DNA of 64,000 nucleotides from Azolla caroliniana (Eukaryota > Plantae > Polypodiophyta), in contig JBHGNT010000157.1 in assembly GCA_043228905.1 (NCBI GenBank), positions 1-64,000 of the forward strand. The letters are read 5' to 3'. The position numbers and the translations under genes are program-made. Within the stretch, counting starts at the first letter, position 1, and each line of letters opens with the position of its first letter. Of this stretch, positions 1-11,691 are shown in pieces. The notes under the pieces are model-generated. The model had not been told where the DNA came from and searched no databases. It was given only the letters and a program-made list of their open reading frames with translations.

Positions 1-1132
1 ATGCACAAGTTCCAGCGGTGCATTCCGCCTCATCACTGGTCTTGACCAGAAAGAGGTTCGGTTTTGCTTGTTGTCCAAGCAATCAATGCACTTCTCAAGA
101 TGCACATCTTTCATCTCCGGAATGAGGTTATCTACGGCAAGTCTTCTCATCCCTTTCTGGCTCATGTGACACAACCTCTTGTGCCACAGCTCACCAGCAT
201 TTTTGGATGCCACATTCACCTCCTCCCGGCAAATCCCGGAATGCATCAGGTATAGAGTGTTGATTTTTCGGGCTCGAGCCACGATTAGGCTCCCATTGCA
301 AAACTTCATGACTCCGTTCTGGATGCTACCCATGTAGCCATGGGTAGCCTTCATCATCTAGCCGATCAGCTGATATCAGGTTCAACCAAACCTCCGGAAC
401 GTGTCAGACATCCTTCAACAACAGCTTGCACCTGGTTGATGTCGTCAACCACACATCTCCTATGCCGGTGAGCTTGAACATGTCCCTCATCTTCGACTTC
501 CACACTGGATAGTTGGAGCCGATGAGCTTGAACATGCTTCTGAATGACTCTTCCATTTTCTTCAAGGTTTAGAACCTTGTTCTGATACCAGTTTGTGAGG
601 AATAGCGCTCGACAACAACCGAATCATACACTTAATGGAAGAACAAAACAAGTCTTAAAACACTTCCAGTTGGGCAACAGAGAAGATACATGATGTTTAC
701 GTGGAAAACCCTAATAGGGAAAAACCAAGGAAGCCTACCGACTTCAACTATCGCTATAAGGTGAAGATACAATGCGAGACTCAGAGGCAATGACCTCTAG
801 CCCTATATCTCCGCCAACCGACGGTTACAACAGAAAAGCTTTCTGTATCTCACGCTCTCTCTCTCTCTCTCTCAAGCTCTCTCAGTCTATACATTTGTAA
901 TAATAACAACTCTAACAACTACCCAGAAGTGGTTTCCCTAAGTCATATTTATACTTATATGACTTTAGGGCTATTTACAAATATGGCCATGACCAGCCCT
1001 TTAGAAACATATTTACAGATATGTCCCTGGATCTAGTTCACACCGGATTGATCCGGATATCTTCAGGATCCGTCCGATCCGGCTCCTTCGGTTTTCATCC
1101 GGATCCCATCCAGAGGGACCAAATTCCCAACA
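1..1132 (-). mobile_element. Ty1/copia element, 5' part (5' LTR 594-1132, PBS 579-590, internally deleted gag/PR/GAG-pre-integrase); continues left of the window
   Basis: The reverse complement of 579-590 is TGGTATCAGAAC (Met-i PBS). The LTR reads TGTTGGGAATTTGGTCCCTCTGGATGGGA on the - strand, like the LTR at 48005. Bases 1-470 match the PR/pre-integrase region of the Copia ORF at 59740-61332. Confidence 0.85.
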
Positions 1133-3552
1133 CATCTCTATCTATCTATCTATCTTCAATAGTTTCTCGCTTATGCTAGTAAAACATTGATCCTTCCAGT
1201 CCAGGACCTCAGCAATCCCGCTTCATTATCTTGAACAATCCTTTCGATCCTCCATCACCACTTGTAGATAGAGGCCCAATGCTTGTTTGCGCACGTGTCA
1301 CACGCACATTGCAACGTGCTTCGCGACATCGTTTTGGTGAACCCAACGTGAGCAACACAAGGTGGTAATGGAGGCATCACAAATGATGGATTTGGTCTTG
1401 CCTTCTTACGACTTAACATCTATAAGAATAGAAGGTGGTCTAAGGCTCGTAATCGTTCCATTTGTAAGGAAGGCCATTGAAATGATGTAGCATGATGATA
1501 AGGATAGAGCGATGGAGTATCTCGAGTTGGCAAGGCAATTCGAAAGACTATATCAAGAAGTTCCGAATTGGTATGAAGCAGTTATGACATCAAGATTCAG
1601 GCCTCAACCTTTTCATGATGACGAAGATGAAGATGATTGAAATCGTTGTAGTTACGGTCATGAAGAGACATGTGACGAAGAACATGGATTTGAAGGGAGA
1701 GATCGTGATCGACCTACCTATGGTCATCATGAATATCGTTGCAAACTCAAGAGAAGAGAGAGATGCAATGAAGAAGGATGTGATCGTGAAGAGACATGCC
1801 ACAAAGATCGTGGGTTCAAGACAAAAGATCAAGATATTCGAGGATACAATCATGAAGAGAGATGCAATGAAGAACGTGGGCTCAAGAGGAAAGATCGAGA
1901 TATTCGAGGATGTGATCGTGAAGAGACATGTGATGAAGAACATGCCAGGCTGAAAACAGAAGAACGAGATATTCGAGGATGCAGTCGTGAAGAAGAACGT
2001 GCAACGGAAAACGTGAGCTTGCAGGGAAAGATTGAAATCTACACGGTTATGATCAAGACAAAGATCATTGCAAACTCACAAGGAGTGCTCGAGATCTACA
2101 AGGTTATGATCGTGACAAAGATTATTGTAACCATAAGAAGAAAGGAAAGAAGTGATTATGAGGACTACCCATGGGAACGAAGGGAAAGATGCATAGAGAT
2201 GGTGGGATGTTCAACTAAACAGAGGAGGTCGTATTGCCAACATTTCCATCTCCCATCTCAAAGAAAAGGATTGGCCAATTCGAAGAAGCACCTGGTTTTT
2301 AGATTCGGTTTGACAAGACACATCGAGTGCATCCCAAGATAATCGAAGAAGAAGGTTGGGTATTGGTCTACGACAGTAGCCTTGACAACCAACACAGGAC
2401 GACAAGAGAGTTCGCAAGAAGGTGGTTCAGATCGTATGTGGTGACAAGTGTCAACGACAATGCCACCTACCACCTCACGGAGGTAGACGGATCGAGGTTG
2501 GCCATACCCGTTGTGGGAAAGAGAGTAAAGATGTTCAAGAAAAGACAAGATGAGGGTCCTGACATCAATGACCTCAAAAATGAAGATAGTAAGGCGGAAC
2601 CCACAAACATGAGCGAGGTCAACGAGGACGTCGAGGAAATTGATTGATCACCATAGCCGAAATCTCACACTCTCTTCTTGGCACGTACCGAAGGACATGC
2701 GGTTTGGTGGGGGTGGATGTCATGAAGATTTTCAGCAACGGTGTGAAAATCGTGTGGAACAAACAAAATCGGGAAGGTGCAATGTGCACACGAATGAAAG
2801 AGGTTACACTCGTATGTTAGCATGTTGTAAATATGAATGAAATGAGAACCGGGAAAAGAAAGGCTAGATGTAAGGTTAAACATGTGTAAATGTGATGATG
2901 TACGCGCATTACACAAACACTTGAAAATAAGCTTAGGGCCTAATGACTTTTTCTTGCATACTGTGCAAGTAAGGATGCACCTCCAAGATAGGAGACAACT
3001 AACTTATCACTAAGCTAAGTTGTTTCTTTAAACTTTATTCATTGTATTTTTCACATGTAAATTCTTGACATACATGAGAGCTTGAATGAGTGACATGGCC
3101 ATCATGCATCACGTGTGATGCATGATCGCGAAATGGCAATCATGCATTGTATGCATGTCTTGTACTCTCACATGCATCATATGCATGGGGCCATGTATAA
3201 AACAAAGGAAGAAAGAGAAAAGAAGAAAGCGATGTACTGAATCAAAAAATTGTTAATAAAAAATTTAGTTATCCTATTGGTGATGTATCTTGTTTCTCAA
3301 ATTTGAAGTCAAGGGTTCAATCTTAGAATTGGAATCTCCCTCTCAATCTATCTATCTATCTTCAATAGTTTCTCCCTAATGTTAGTAAAACATCGAGTCC
3401 TTCCGGTCCAGGACTCGACAATCCCGTTTCATTATCTTGAACGATCCTTTCGATCCTCCATCACCACTTGCGGATAGAGGCCCGATGCTTGTCCGTGCAC
3501 ATGTGACACGCACATTGCGACATTTGGCACGTGTGTCACGTGCTTTGCGACA
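1133..3552 (+). mobile_element. Internally deleted Ty3/gypsy element: 3' part of 5' LTR (1133-1328), Trp-type PBS (~1335), degenerate gag, integrase C-terminus, PPT, 3' LTR (2718-3552)
   Basis: 1133-1328 is repeated at ~3340-3552, both ending in GCGACA. PBS TGGTGAACCCAACGTGA. ORF 2327-2647 (WVLVYDSSLDNQH...RWF) is homologous to the integrase tail at 47860-48000. PPT GGGGGTGGA precedes TGTCATGAAG. Confidence 0.85.
1640..2000 (+). repeat. Degenerate ~57-60 bp tandem repeats in the gag region of the deleted Gypsy
   Basis: Recurring GATATTCGAGGATG..ATCGTGAAGAGACATG..ATGAAGAAC units. Confidence 0.6.
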
Positions 3553-6270
3553 CCGGTTAGTGGCGAAAAGATATGTGCAGACCCATGGAATCGATTATGA
3601 CAAGACCTTTGCTCCGATAGCGAAGATGACGGCAGTTCATGTGGTGCTAGCGGTTGCTATGGCAAGGGGGATGGCATCTTCACCAGATGGACGCAAAGAA
3701 TGTGTTTCTTCAAGGTGACCTTGAAGAACAGGTCTACATGATCCAGCCCCGATGAACGCGTCGGCAATGTGGCGACTCAAGAAGTCGCTTTACGGCCTAA
3801 AGCAAGCTCCCCATGCTTGGAATTTGGAAATCACGCACTGGTTGCGTAAGATGGGGTTTGTGGCCTCCAAGTCTGGCTCCTCGTTGTTCATCCAGAGAGG
3901 TCTGGAAGGTTGGATATGTATCTTGCTATATGTGGATTATCTAGTCATCATCGGACCCAGACTCGCTGAATTGGCCGAGTGGAGTCCCAGTTGTTGGATG
4001 CATTCGAAATGAAGGACCTGCGGGACCTTCATTACTTCCTCGGGATCAAATTGATCCACACTATTATACTGACACGGTATAACCAAAAAGCTAGTCGGTT
4101 ATATCGATGCCGATTGGGCCAGTGACACATCAGATCATCGGTCCACTTCCGATTATATGTTCTCTCTCGGGAGCGTGGTTGTTGCATGGAGCAACAAAAA
4201 GCAACCAACAGTGGCTCTTTCGAGCACTGAGGCTAAGTATCGAGGTGCTATCGTCGCCACCTGTGAAGCCATCTGGCTTCGGCGGCTGCTACAAGACCTC
4301 CGGATCTAACTATCGACTCTGATCTCGATCTACTGCGACAACATGAGTAGCATGCAAATGACCAAGAACCCCGTGTTCCATGCTCGGACGAAGCACATAG
4401 AAGTGCATTATCACTTTGTGCACGAGCGGGTCCTCAGCGGTGAAGTCGAACTTCGGTATGTTCAAACGGATCGGTTGCCAACATCTTCACCAAGGCACTT
4501 GGAACTGACAAGTTGCAGCATTATTTAGAGATGCTTAGTCTTCAGCATCTCGACATGTCGCACTTGAGGGGGAGAACTGGAACAGAAACCAGGAAAACAT
4601 GTAATGCCAGAGAGAAGGAAACTGAAATAAGGGAAGACCAAAGGAAAAAGGGAGCCAAGTTGACTGAAGAAGTTGTCACATACGAAGAAGTCGGAACAAG
4701 CGGCGACGACGGTAGAGTCAAGAAGGACAAAACCGACCAGAAGAAGAAGACCAAGACCCGAACATGGTCTGATGTGGTAAAGGGTCTGAAGATTGCGGAC
4801 GAATTGGAGACATCCAATCCGGACAAGAGCTAGATCAAATCGGTGGCACCCGATTCGGAAGAGGCGTTTGATTCAGAGGAGCCGAATCAACAAGAGGCCA
4901 AACGAACGAGAAAGTAGCGGAAGTCGACACCGACATGGAGGAACCGACGAGTCAAGAAGCGGCAAAGTCACAGCAGCGAGGGAGCTAAGTTGGGCCTTAT
5001 GAGCAGGCAAGCCGACCGAGAAGGTCGAGGTGCACGGAACCAAACAATCGAGGAGCGCAAGCAAGGCGGGCAGATGCCAGGAGGAGCTAGAGGGAAGGAC
5101 CTGTAGACACTGACACCACGATCCGACCTCAAGTTGAGCTTAAGGGGGAGTGTTGAGCGGACAAGCTCGATCAGATCTGGATCGATTGAATAAGCCAGAG
5201 CCGGATCGGTATCCAGAATAGAGAACCGGATAGGTATCTAGATCGGTATCCTGAACGAAGTGCCGGATCGGATTGTAACTGGTAAGCCATTAGAGGCCTA
5301 CGATCCCAGCCTAGTACGTAGGCATATGTTTAGGAATCAATGTCAGTCGCTCGCATAGTATGAACCATACGTACCATTTGTGCATTCGTGTTTGAGAATG
5401 ATAAACACCCTCAAAGAATGATAAATACTATACTTTTACAAATTAAAGCAATTACAAGCTTTATAGAATAATTACAGAAATGATATAGAAATTTCAAAAT
5501 TTATAAAGAAATTACAGAAATGATAGAAATTACAAAGAAATTACAGAAATTATGAAAATTACAAAGAGATTACAAAAATCACAGAAATTACAAAGAGATT
5601 TCAGAAATTTCAAAGAAATTACAAAAAAATTATAGAAATTACAAAACATTTACAGAAATTATTGAAAAAGTTCAGAAATTTCTATACTACATAGTACATA
5701 CTATGACCTAAAGTTTAAATAACTTTAAACCCTATTATTAACCCTAAATATACCTGAATCTCGTTGGTATGCAGATCGTTGAAGCAACAGATCGTTCGAG
5801 GCTAGGTGGGAGAGGAGAGGAGAGCGTAACATTACGTTGATGTGCAGAGGAAAAGGGGGAAAAGGGGGAAAAAGAGGGAAAAAAGAAAAGAAAAAAAGAA
5901 AAAAAAAGAAAAAAAAGGAAAAAAACACACGAATATTTGAATATCATTCATGTTCGTTTTCCAACGTAGGAAAACGAATGATATGGTAGACGAACACGAA
6001 TTTTACGTGCTATGGTCGCTCGTATGAGCATTGAAGTACATGTCAATACTTCTATCAGTCCTTTTAAGGAATTGTATAAAAGTGCTCACTGAGCACATCG
6101 TATGTACAAAGTGTTATTTTGAAATTGAGTTCTATTGTTCTGTTCTCTCTGTATCTCCTGAGTACTCTCTCTCTATGTGATTTAAGCTTTCTATTAAACC
6201 TGTGTATATTCCCTGTTGCTATCCAGTGAAGCTGGTTTCTTCTACAAGCTTCCACACGTAAGTCTTTACA
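3553..6270 (+). mobile_element. Degenerate Ty1/copia 3' half (RT, RNase H, 3' extension, PPT 5141-5150, 3' LTR 5151-6270 interrupted by a hAT-like insert)
   Basis: Peptide motifs RLVAKRYVQTHGIDY, LKKSLYGLKQAP, LLYVDYL and NPVFHARTKHIEVHYHF, with frameshifts. AAGGGGGAG|TGTTGAG junction. The LTR is homologous to 57843-58364 and ends TTTACA. Confidence 0.85.
5354..6014. mobile_element. Non-autonomous hAT-like DNA transposon (661 bp) with an 8-bp TSD
   Basis: GTCGCTCG at 5346-5353 and 6015-6022. Short TIRs CATAGTA.../...TGCTATG. Internal GAAATTACA-type tandem repeats at ~5440-5680. It splits a Copia LTR. Confidence 0.85.
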
Positions 6271-8159
6271 TTTTCTATATGCTATCCTTGCTTTCTAATG
6301 GAGATACTTTGAGTCTGTATAAGGCATCAAAAAGTTTTACAAAGTATCCTAAATCTGGATCTAGTTATCCTCTTTTAATACTAACTTACTTTTTCTATCA
6401 TTGTTTTTGTTTTCTAGCTTTAATTTTGGCACAAAAGACATTGTTGGGAACATATCCTCATCTTTTCTTCATGAATTTAGAATTAAGATGAAAACATTTT
6501 GAGCATCACAATCTTCTTATCCATTTCTTACGTTTCCCTACTTTTGACTTTTGTAAAACAACCGTTATCTTGATCCATTCAAATTTATTTTTTCTTTGAT
6601 GTTTGTGATTCTTATATCCTCGATATTGACCTCTATTCTTGAGTGCCCTAGCATTCAACGTATTTGCAACAATGTTTTAACAAAAATTGGCAACACATTA
6701 GGGAGTGTATTGTGTATCTAATTGAACTCATCATACACCCTTAACACACTCATTTCTTACCCTTGTTCTCTTCCCATTTCATCAATGTGTCACAAGTCAT
6801 TTGTGGCTCATACTCGAGCATGAACTCAACCAACAGTTCATGATCGAGTATGAGACACAAATGACTTGTGACACATTTCAAACTCTTCCCACATTGTCTT
6901 TGCAGCGTGGATTTCAATAACTCATTTTTGTATGCTACTTGCAACAATGTGCTTAAAACTTGATATTTGCCTTGCTTCAAACATATTGGTTTTCTCTTCT
7001 ATGCATGACAAGTAACTCCATGGCATTCCTTCCATAAAACAAACTAGCCATCTCTATGGTGTGGTCGATGGTTGTGTCAAGACTTATGATTATCCCTAGC
7101 CCTCATCATTCTTTTAATAATTCCCATCATCTTCCTCAGCTCTTCCGCTTGGTTGCTTGCGAGGCCATATTCACATTGAATCTTCAATTCTTTAGGTCTT
7201 CATCTTGCTTTCTTCCTAAAAATGTTTATGTTGGATTCACAATAACTTATGTCATGAAAACTCTCATGTGGATGTGAACGTCAAGTGAGACCATCGGGAC
7301 ATTAGACCTGAAGGAATTAAGGAGACATGTACTTTTGAAGATAAATGATATAGATTGCTAGATATATAGACAAATGAGAGATATGCATATAAGATACAAA
7401 AGACAAGCGATCGAACAAGACATCGGTTTTGTACAAGTAGTCCCATCACCTGGTTGGTACTTCCATTCCCCTTAACTCCTATGTGGCTAATTATTGAGAC
7501 TTACATTCATAACTTTCTACAATTGCCTTTGATTTCCTTATGAGACAAATAGTTCTACTAATTGCAAAATAAATCATTTGTTTTACTTTCTTTATATTTA
7601 TAGTATGTGTTTACTAATTTATTGTTTTGTAGATGTAGTACATCAAACAACAACACAATGTAGAGAGCTAGCAAGTAGCAAGATTGATAATAAGTTATAG
7701 GTAATCATACAATATTCCACAATAGGTAAGGGTTGATGCATAGGGTAAGGGTTGATGCATAGTAGATCATGACTCCATCACTTGGCTAGTACTTCCATTG
7801 TATGGTGATTAGCTTTATTAATCATCAAATTGTCCCTTTACTTCCCTTTCTTTATATTTACACTAGGTTTCTTAATTTATATTATTGTTTTCATACTAGT
7901 AGGCCATAAGACAATCAACACTTAACAATGTAAGGAGCAAGGAAATAAAAAGATTGATCATCAAACATTGGTCACTAGAGGGAGAGTGAGAGGAAGAGGG
8001 AGTATACAACACAATCTTTTACACATACATTCTCATCCGAAGTTGAAGATCCAAACTTTTCACTTGCTTGGTTAGCAAACCTCACCCATTCATTTTGTGT
8101 TCCTTCCGAGAACAAGGATTGTTTATAATCACCTCAATGCTTTAATCTATATATATATA

Positions 8160-8386
8160 TATATATGAAAGCTCTATTTGCCCCCCCATTTTGGCTATCC
8201 CCCCCCCCCCATCCCCCATTTTTTTTACAATTTCTGATAGTTCTCACCTCGGGAGAAGTCACTATTTGAGTACTCTACCGGTCGCAAATATTCCAAATGT
8301 GGTCAAGCTGGTCACAATGCACGCACTTGCGATTGGGGGGGGATAGCCAAAATGGGGAGGGGCAAATAGCGCTTTCCTATATATAT
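8160..8386. mobile_element. Fold-back/MITE-like element with ~50-bp inverted arms in TA repeats, carrying a zinc-knuckle remnant
   Basis: GAAAGCTCTATTTGCCCC..ATTTTGGCTATCCCC (8167-8210) is inverted at 8335-8377. The internal frame 8280-8330 reads GRKYSKCGQAGHNARTC. Confidence 0.65.
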
Positions 8387-9749
8387 TGAAAATTTGTGAA
8401 TTACATTGTTGGCACGATTTGGGCTAAAGAAGGATTGTGATGTAACTTTTAAATAAAAAAATCCAAGGCACACTAGAAGCAAAATTATACTCAAATTTGT
8501 CTCTCATTGGTGGGAGGCAAGTGATAAACATTCTTATACTAAGTTGTTCCACAAGGATCATGACAAAATTTCCAACTAGGAATTGTAAGTATTGGAGACA
8601 AATTTACATTAAAGAAAAATTCACAAGCAATGGGACTCAAAAGTCATATCTTTGGATTTCACAAAATCTAGCACCCTTTCCATATGGGGATATTCATGCC
8701 CAAGAAAACACAAAGAAGTTTGCTAACCAACCAAGAGCATTGTCATATGGAAGTTTGCTAACCAACAAAGAAATTTGACAAGTGATGGGGACGCAAACTC
8801 ACACCTTTGGATTTCAGAAAATCTATCACCTTCTCATATCATGATGCTCGTGACCAAGAAAATACAAAGAAGTCATAAACATCCAAGAAATTTTAATGGC
8901 TAAATATGAGGACAATTTTCCAAAAGTCAAAATTAGAAACAACGCAAGTGATAAGAAATTTATGATAGAGAAAAACAGTCATAACTTCTCCATCCAACTC
9001 CAAATTAACCAAAACAATTTTTGCGCAAATGCTAATAGTGAGAACTATAATATATTAGTGTGTATGTAAAAATTGGAACCACGAAACAGAAATAGTGATG
9101 GAAAAGTAAGTCGGTTGCAAAAGAAAATAACTAGCTTTATATTTATGAAACTTTGTAAAAATCTTGAAAACCTCATATAAACTCTAAGTATCTCTATTAG
9201 AAAGAAAGGATAGCCAACAAAAAACTCAAGCAAAACCGATAATGAAAGAGAGGAAGTGTTGAAGACGATAGATTCTTAAAGAAAGAATGATGCAGATTCA
9301 AAAAAAATGAGAGGCGAGAAGAGACTTACCAGAAGAAAGGACTAGTATAAATTATGGTGATTGAAACTCAAGTAATTGTTTCGTGTGCGGTTATATCTAT
9401 GGTTTAAGGCATAATCCCAAATATTCACACAAATCACAAATTTTCTCAAATACATGTAGGAACGTAAATACAAAAATGAAATATTGACATAAATCCAATG
9501 ATACATACATACACACACATCTATACACATAAAAAGAGTTAATTACACATCCATAATGCACATTCACATGATTCTAATCATGTGAGCTTATAAAACAAAA
9601 GCATGCAGATAAGAACAATATATAGACACCTGCTCAAAGCATATGCCTATTGTATACAATTTCACATGTCCTCACAAGAATCAATCATATCCACGAGCAC
9701 ATGCACATTGACACAAAAGTGTGCAAGTGCACACACTTATCTAACTTAA

Positions 9750-11268
9750 TAAAGTGTTAAGCAAACACTTCTTGGTCAAACTAAAGACAAGGTTCAACAA
9801 CATGTTCCAACGCACACAATCACCAGTAAATGCATATTTCCTACACACACAATCCGTACTCACAAGGATATCCATGCAAAATGGGAAAAGAAACTCAATT
9901 AAAGAAGGTCAAAAAGGTTCCATCTCCACTATCATCTCCCACAACCCTAATTGTCAATCCATTTTCAAAGATGTCTTCCCTAGTTCATGTCTTTTATGGT
10001 CCTGCTCTACATTCACATGCCCATCATCCTTAAATAGTTCTGGCGTCAACTTATCAAAGAATGGAAGTTTGATTGTTTATGTGATAGTTGACACACGCCT
10101 TGGCAAGGCATGCACTTTCTATGCTTCTACACGTTGTGCATTGAGCATCACATTTCAATGGATTTCTTCAATAGAAATATTTCTCATGCCTCTATGTATG
10201 ATCATGTGCTATTTTCTGTCCTACAAGGGTCATGTAGGTGTCATATGGTGCATTATGAATCCATGCTCACAATTCTTGAAAAATGTTTTCAAACTCAGCT
10301 ATGTGAGTGACAACCAAATTGGATCTCTTCATCTAAACACTCTACATCAAGTAGACCTTATTTGATGGGTGTTATTTTTGTATGTGTCACAAAATCCCTC
10401 CACATCTTTCTCAAAGTTTGAAAATCTATTATCAAGAAGTGAACATCATTAATCAAGTGTGTCTCCATTGTCTATTCTTGCCAACAAGCTTCCATTGTTG
10501 CCTTTGAATCAAAACAGATTCCCAAATATAGACCTTCTATAGGGAAAATTTTGTTCCATCAAAAATCCCTATTTGTGATCCTCCTCTTCTTGATGTTATC
10601 AAATCCTTTGGATCTTCTTGTGGACAATAAGGTACTTGTTGACTCATGTGAGTATATTGATGACATGGTGGTTGTCCTTAAGTATTTGAGCTCCCAACTC
10701 AAGTTGAATCTTCCTTTACACTCAATGATGAATTAATCTTCATGTTCTTTTTTCTTGTGCATGTTTTCTTTCAGTTTCCATGAGCGTTGTTTAGTCTTCG
10801 TGAGCTCTTCTTGTTTATCATATTGTAGATGAAAATATCCCTCTAATACTACTTGTTGGAATTAGGAGAACGTGACACTTGACCTAATATCTAAAGTTCC
10901 AAGATCCTAATTCACCTCTAGAGAATAGAAGGCAAGCAATGGCAATTACCAAGATGATAACACAACATTCACAGACATAATGTGACAATATTGATGAATT
11001 CATAAAACCAAAGTTGGTTACTTCTATTTTCACAATAGTAAGTACACAAGTCCTCTCTCATGCACACCCTAAGCCCCATCTCTCTTGAATGGTCAATTGA
11101 AAAAAGATCAACACCTTCCAATGTCTAAGTTGTTCATATATATAGTTGAGCTTGGAGGATTATTCCCATTGCTACACATAGGAGCCTTTGTACAAATAAA
11201 AGGGATTAGGGTTAAGGGTGTTGAGAGGAGAATATAGGGGAGAGAAGTTTCTTGCGACAAAGTCAACA
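9750..11268 (-). mobile_element. Possible old LTR-retrotransposon remnant (degenerate PBS 10841-10853, putative LTR 10854-11268)
   Basis: The reverse complement reads ...CCAACA AGTAGTATTAGAG, resembling CA-AGTGGTATCAGAG. A TG...CA-bounded segment follows. No clear protein motifs. Confidence 0.3.
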
Positions 11269-11414
11269 TTGCTTATGGCATTCAACCTAATGTACTTACA
11301 ATGATAAAAAAGACCTAATCTTTTGCAAGCTCATATCATGTATACAAAGATTGTTTAATTCAAAATTAATGTTTAGCAGAACAAAAACCCTTAGAAAATT
11401 TAACTTGAAACTTG

Positions 11415-11691
11415 CATAGTACGTAAAATTCGTGTTCGTCTAGCATAACATTTGTTTTCCTATGTTGGAAAACAAATGCGAATGTTATTCAAACATTCTT
11501 GTGTGTTTTTTTCTCATTTTTTTAATGTTTTTTTTTAATGTTTTTTCCATTTTTTAGGCTTATTTACCTCATAATAAATAGTTAATCCAAAAGTATGGTA
11601 TTTATCATTCTTTGATGGTGTTTTTCTTACACGAATGGTTCAATCATTCTCGAATGCGAATGCACGTATGGTACGTATGGTTCATACTATG
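11415..11691. mobile_element. Second, shorter copy (277 bp) of the hAT-like family, inverted relative to 5354-6014
   Basis: CATAGTACGTAAAATTCGTGTTCGTC... and ...GGTACGTATGGTTCATACTATG are the reverse complements of the ends of 5354-6014. No clean TSD. Confidence 0.75.

Noticed and set aside
6560-6960. Possible LINE ORF1 remnant (KIGNTLGSVL..)
   Set aside because: Only a short motif-like match in decayed AT-rich sequence; cannot be supported without a search.
8146-8166. Helitron 5' end (TCTATATA...)
   Set aside because: No matching 3' hairpin/CTRR end was identified; better explained as the TA flank of the hairpin element.
9754-10365. 203-aa ORF as a host gene
   Set aside because: Non-ATG start, no recognisable domain, and it lies in probable old repeat DNA.
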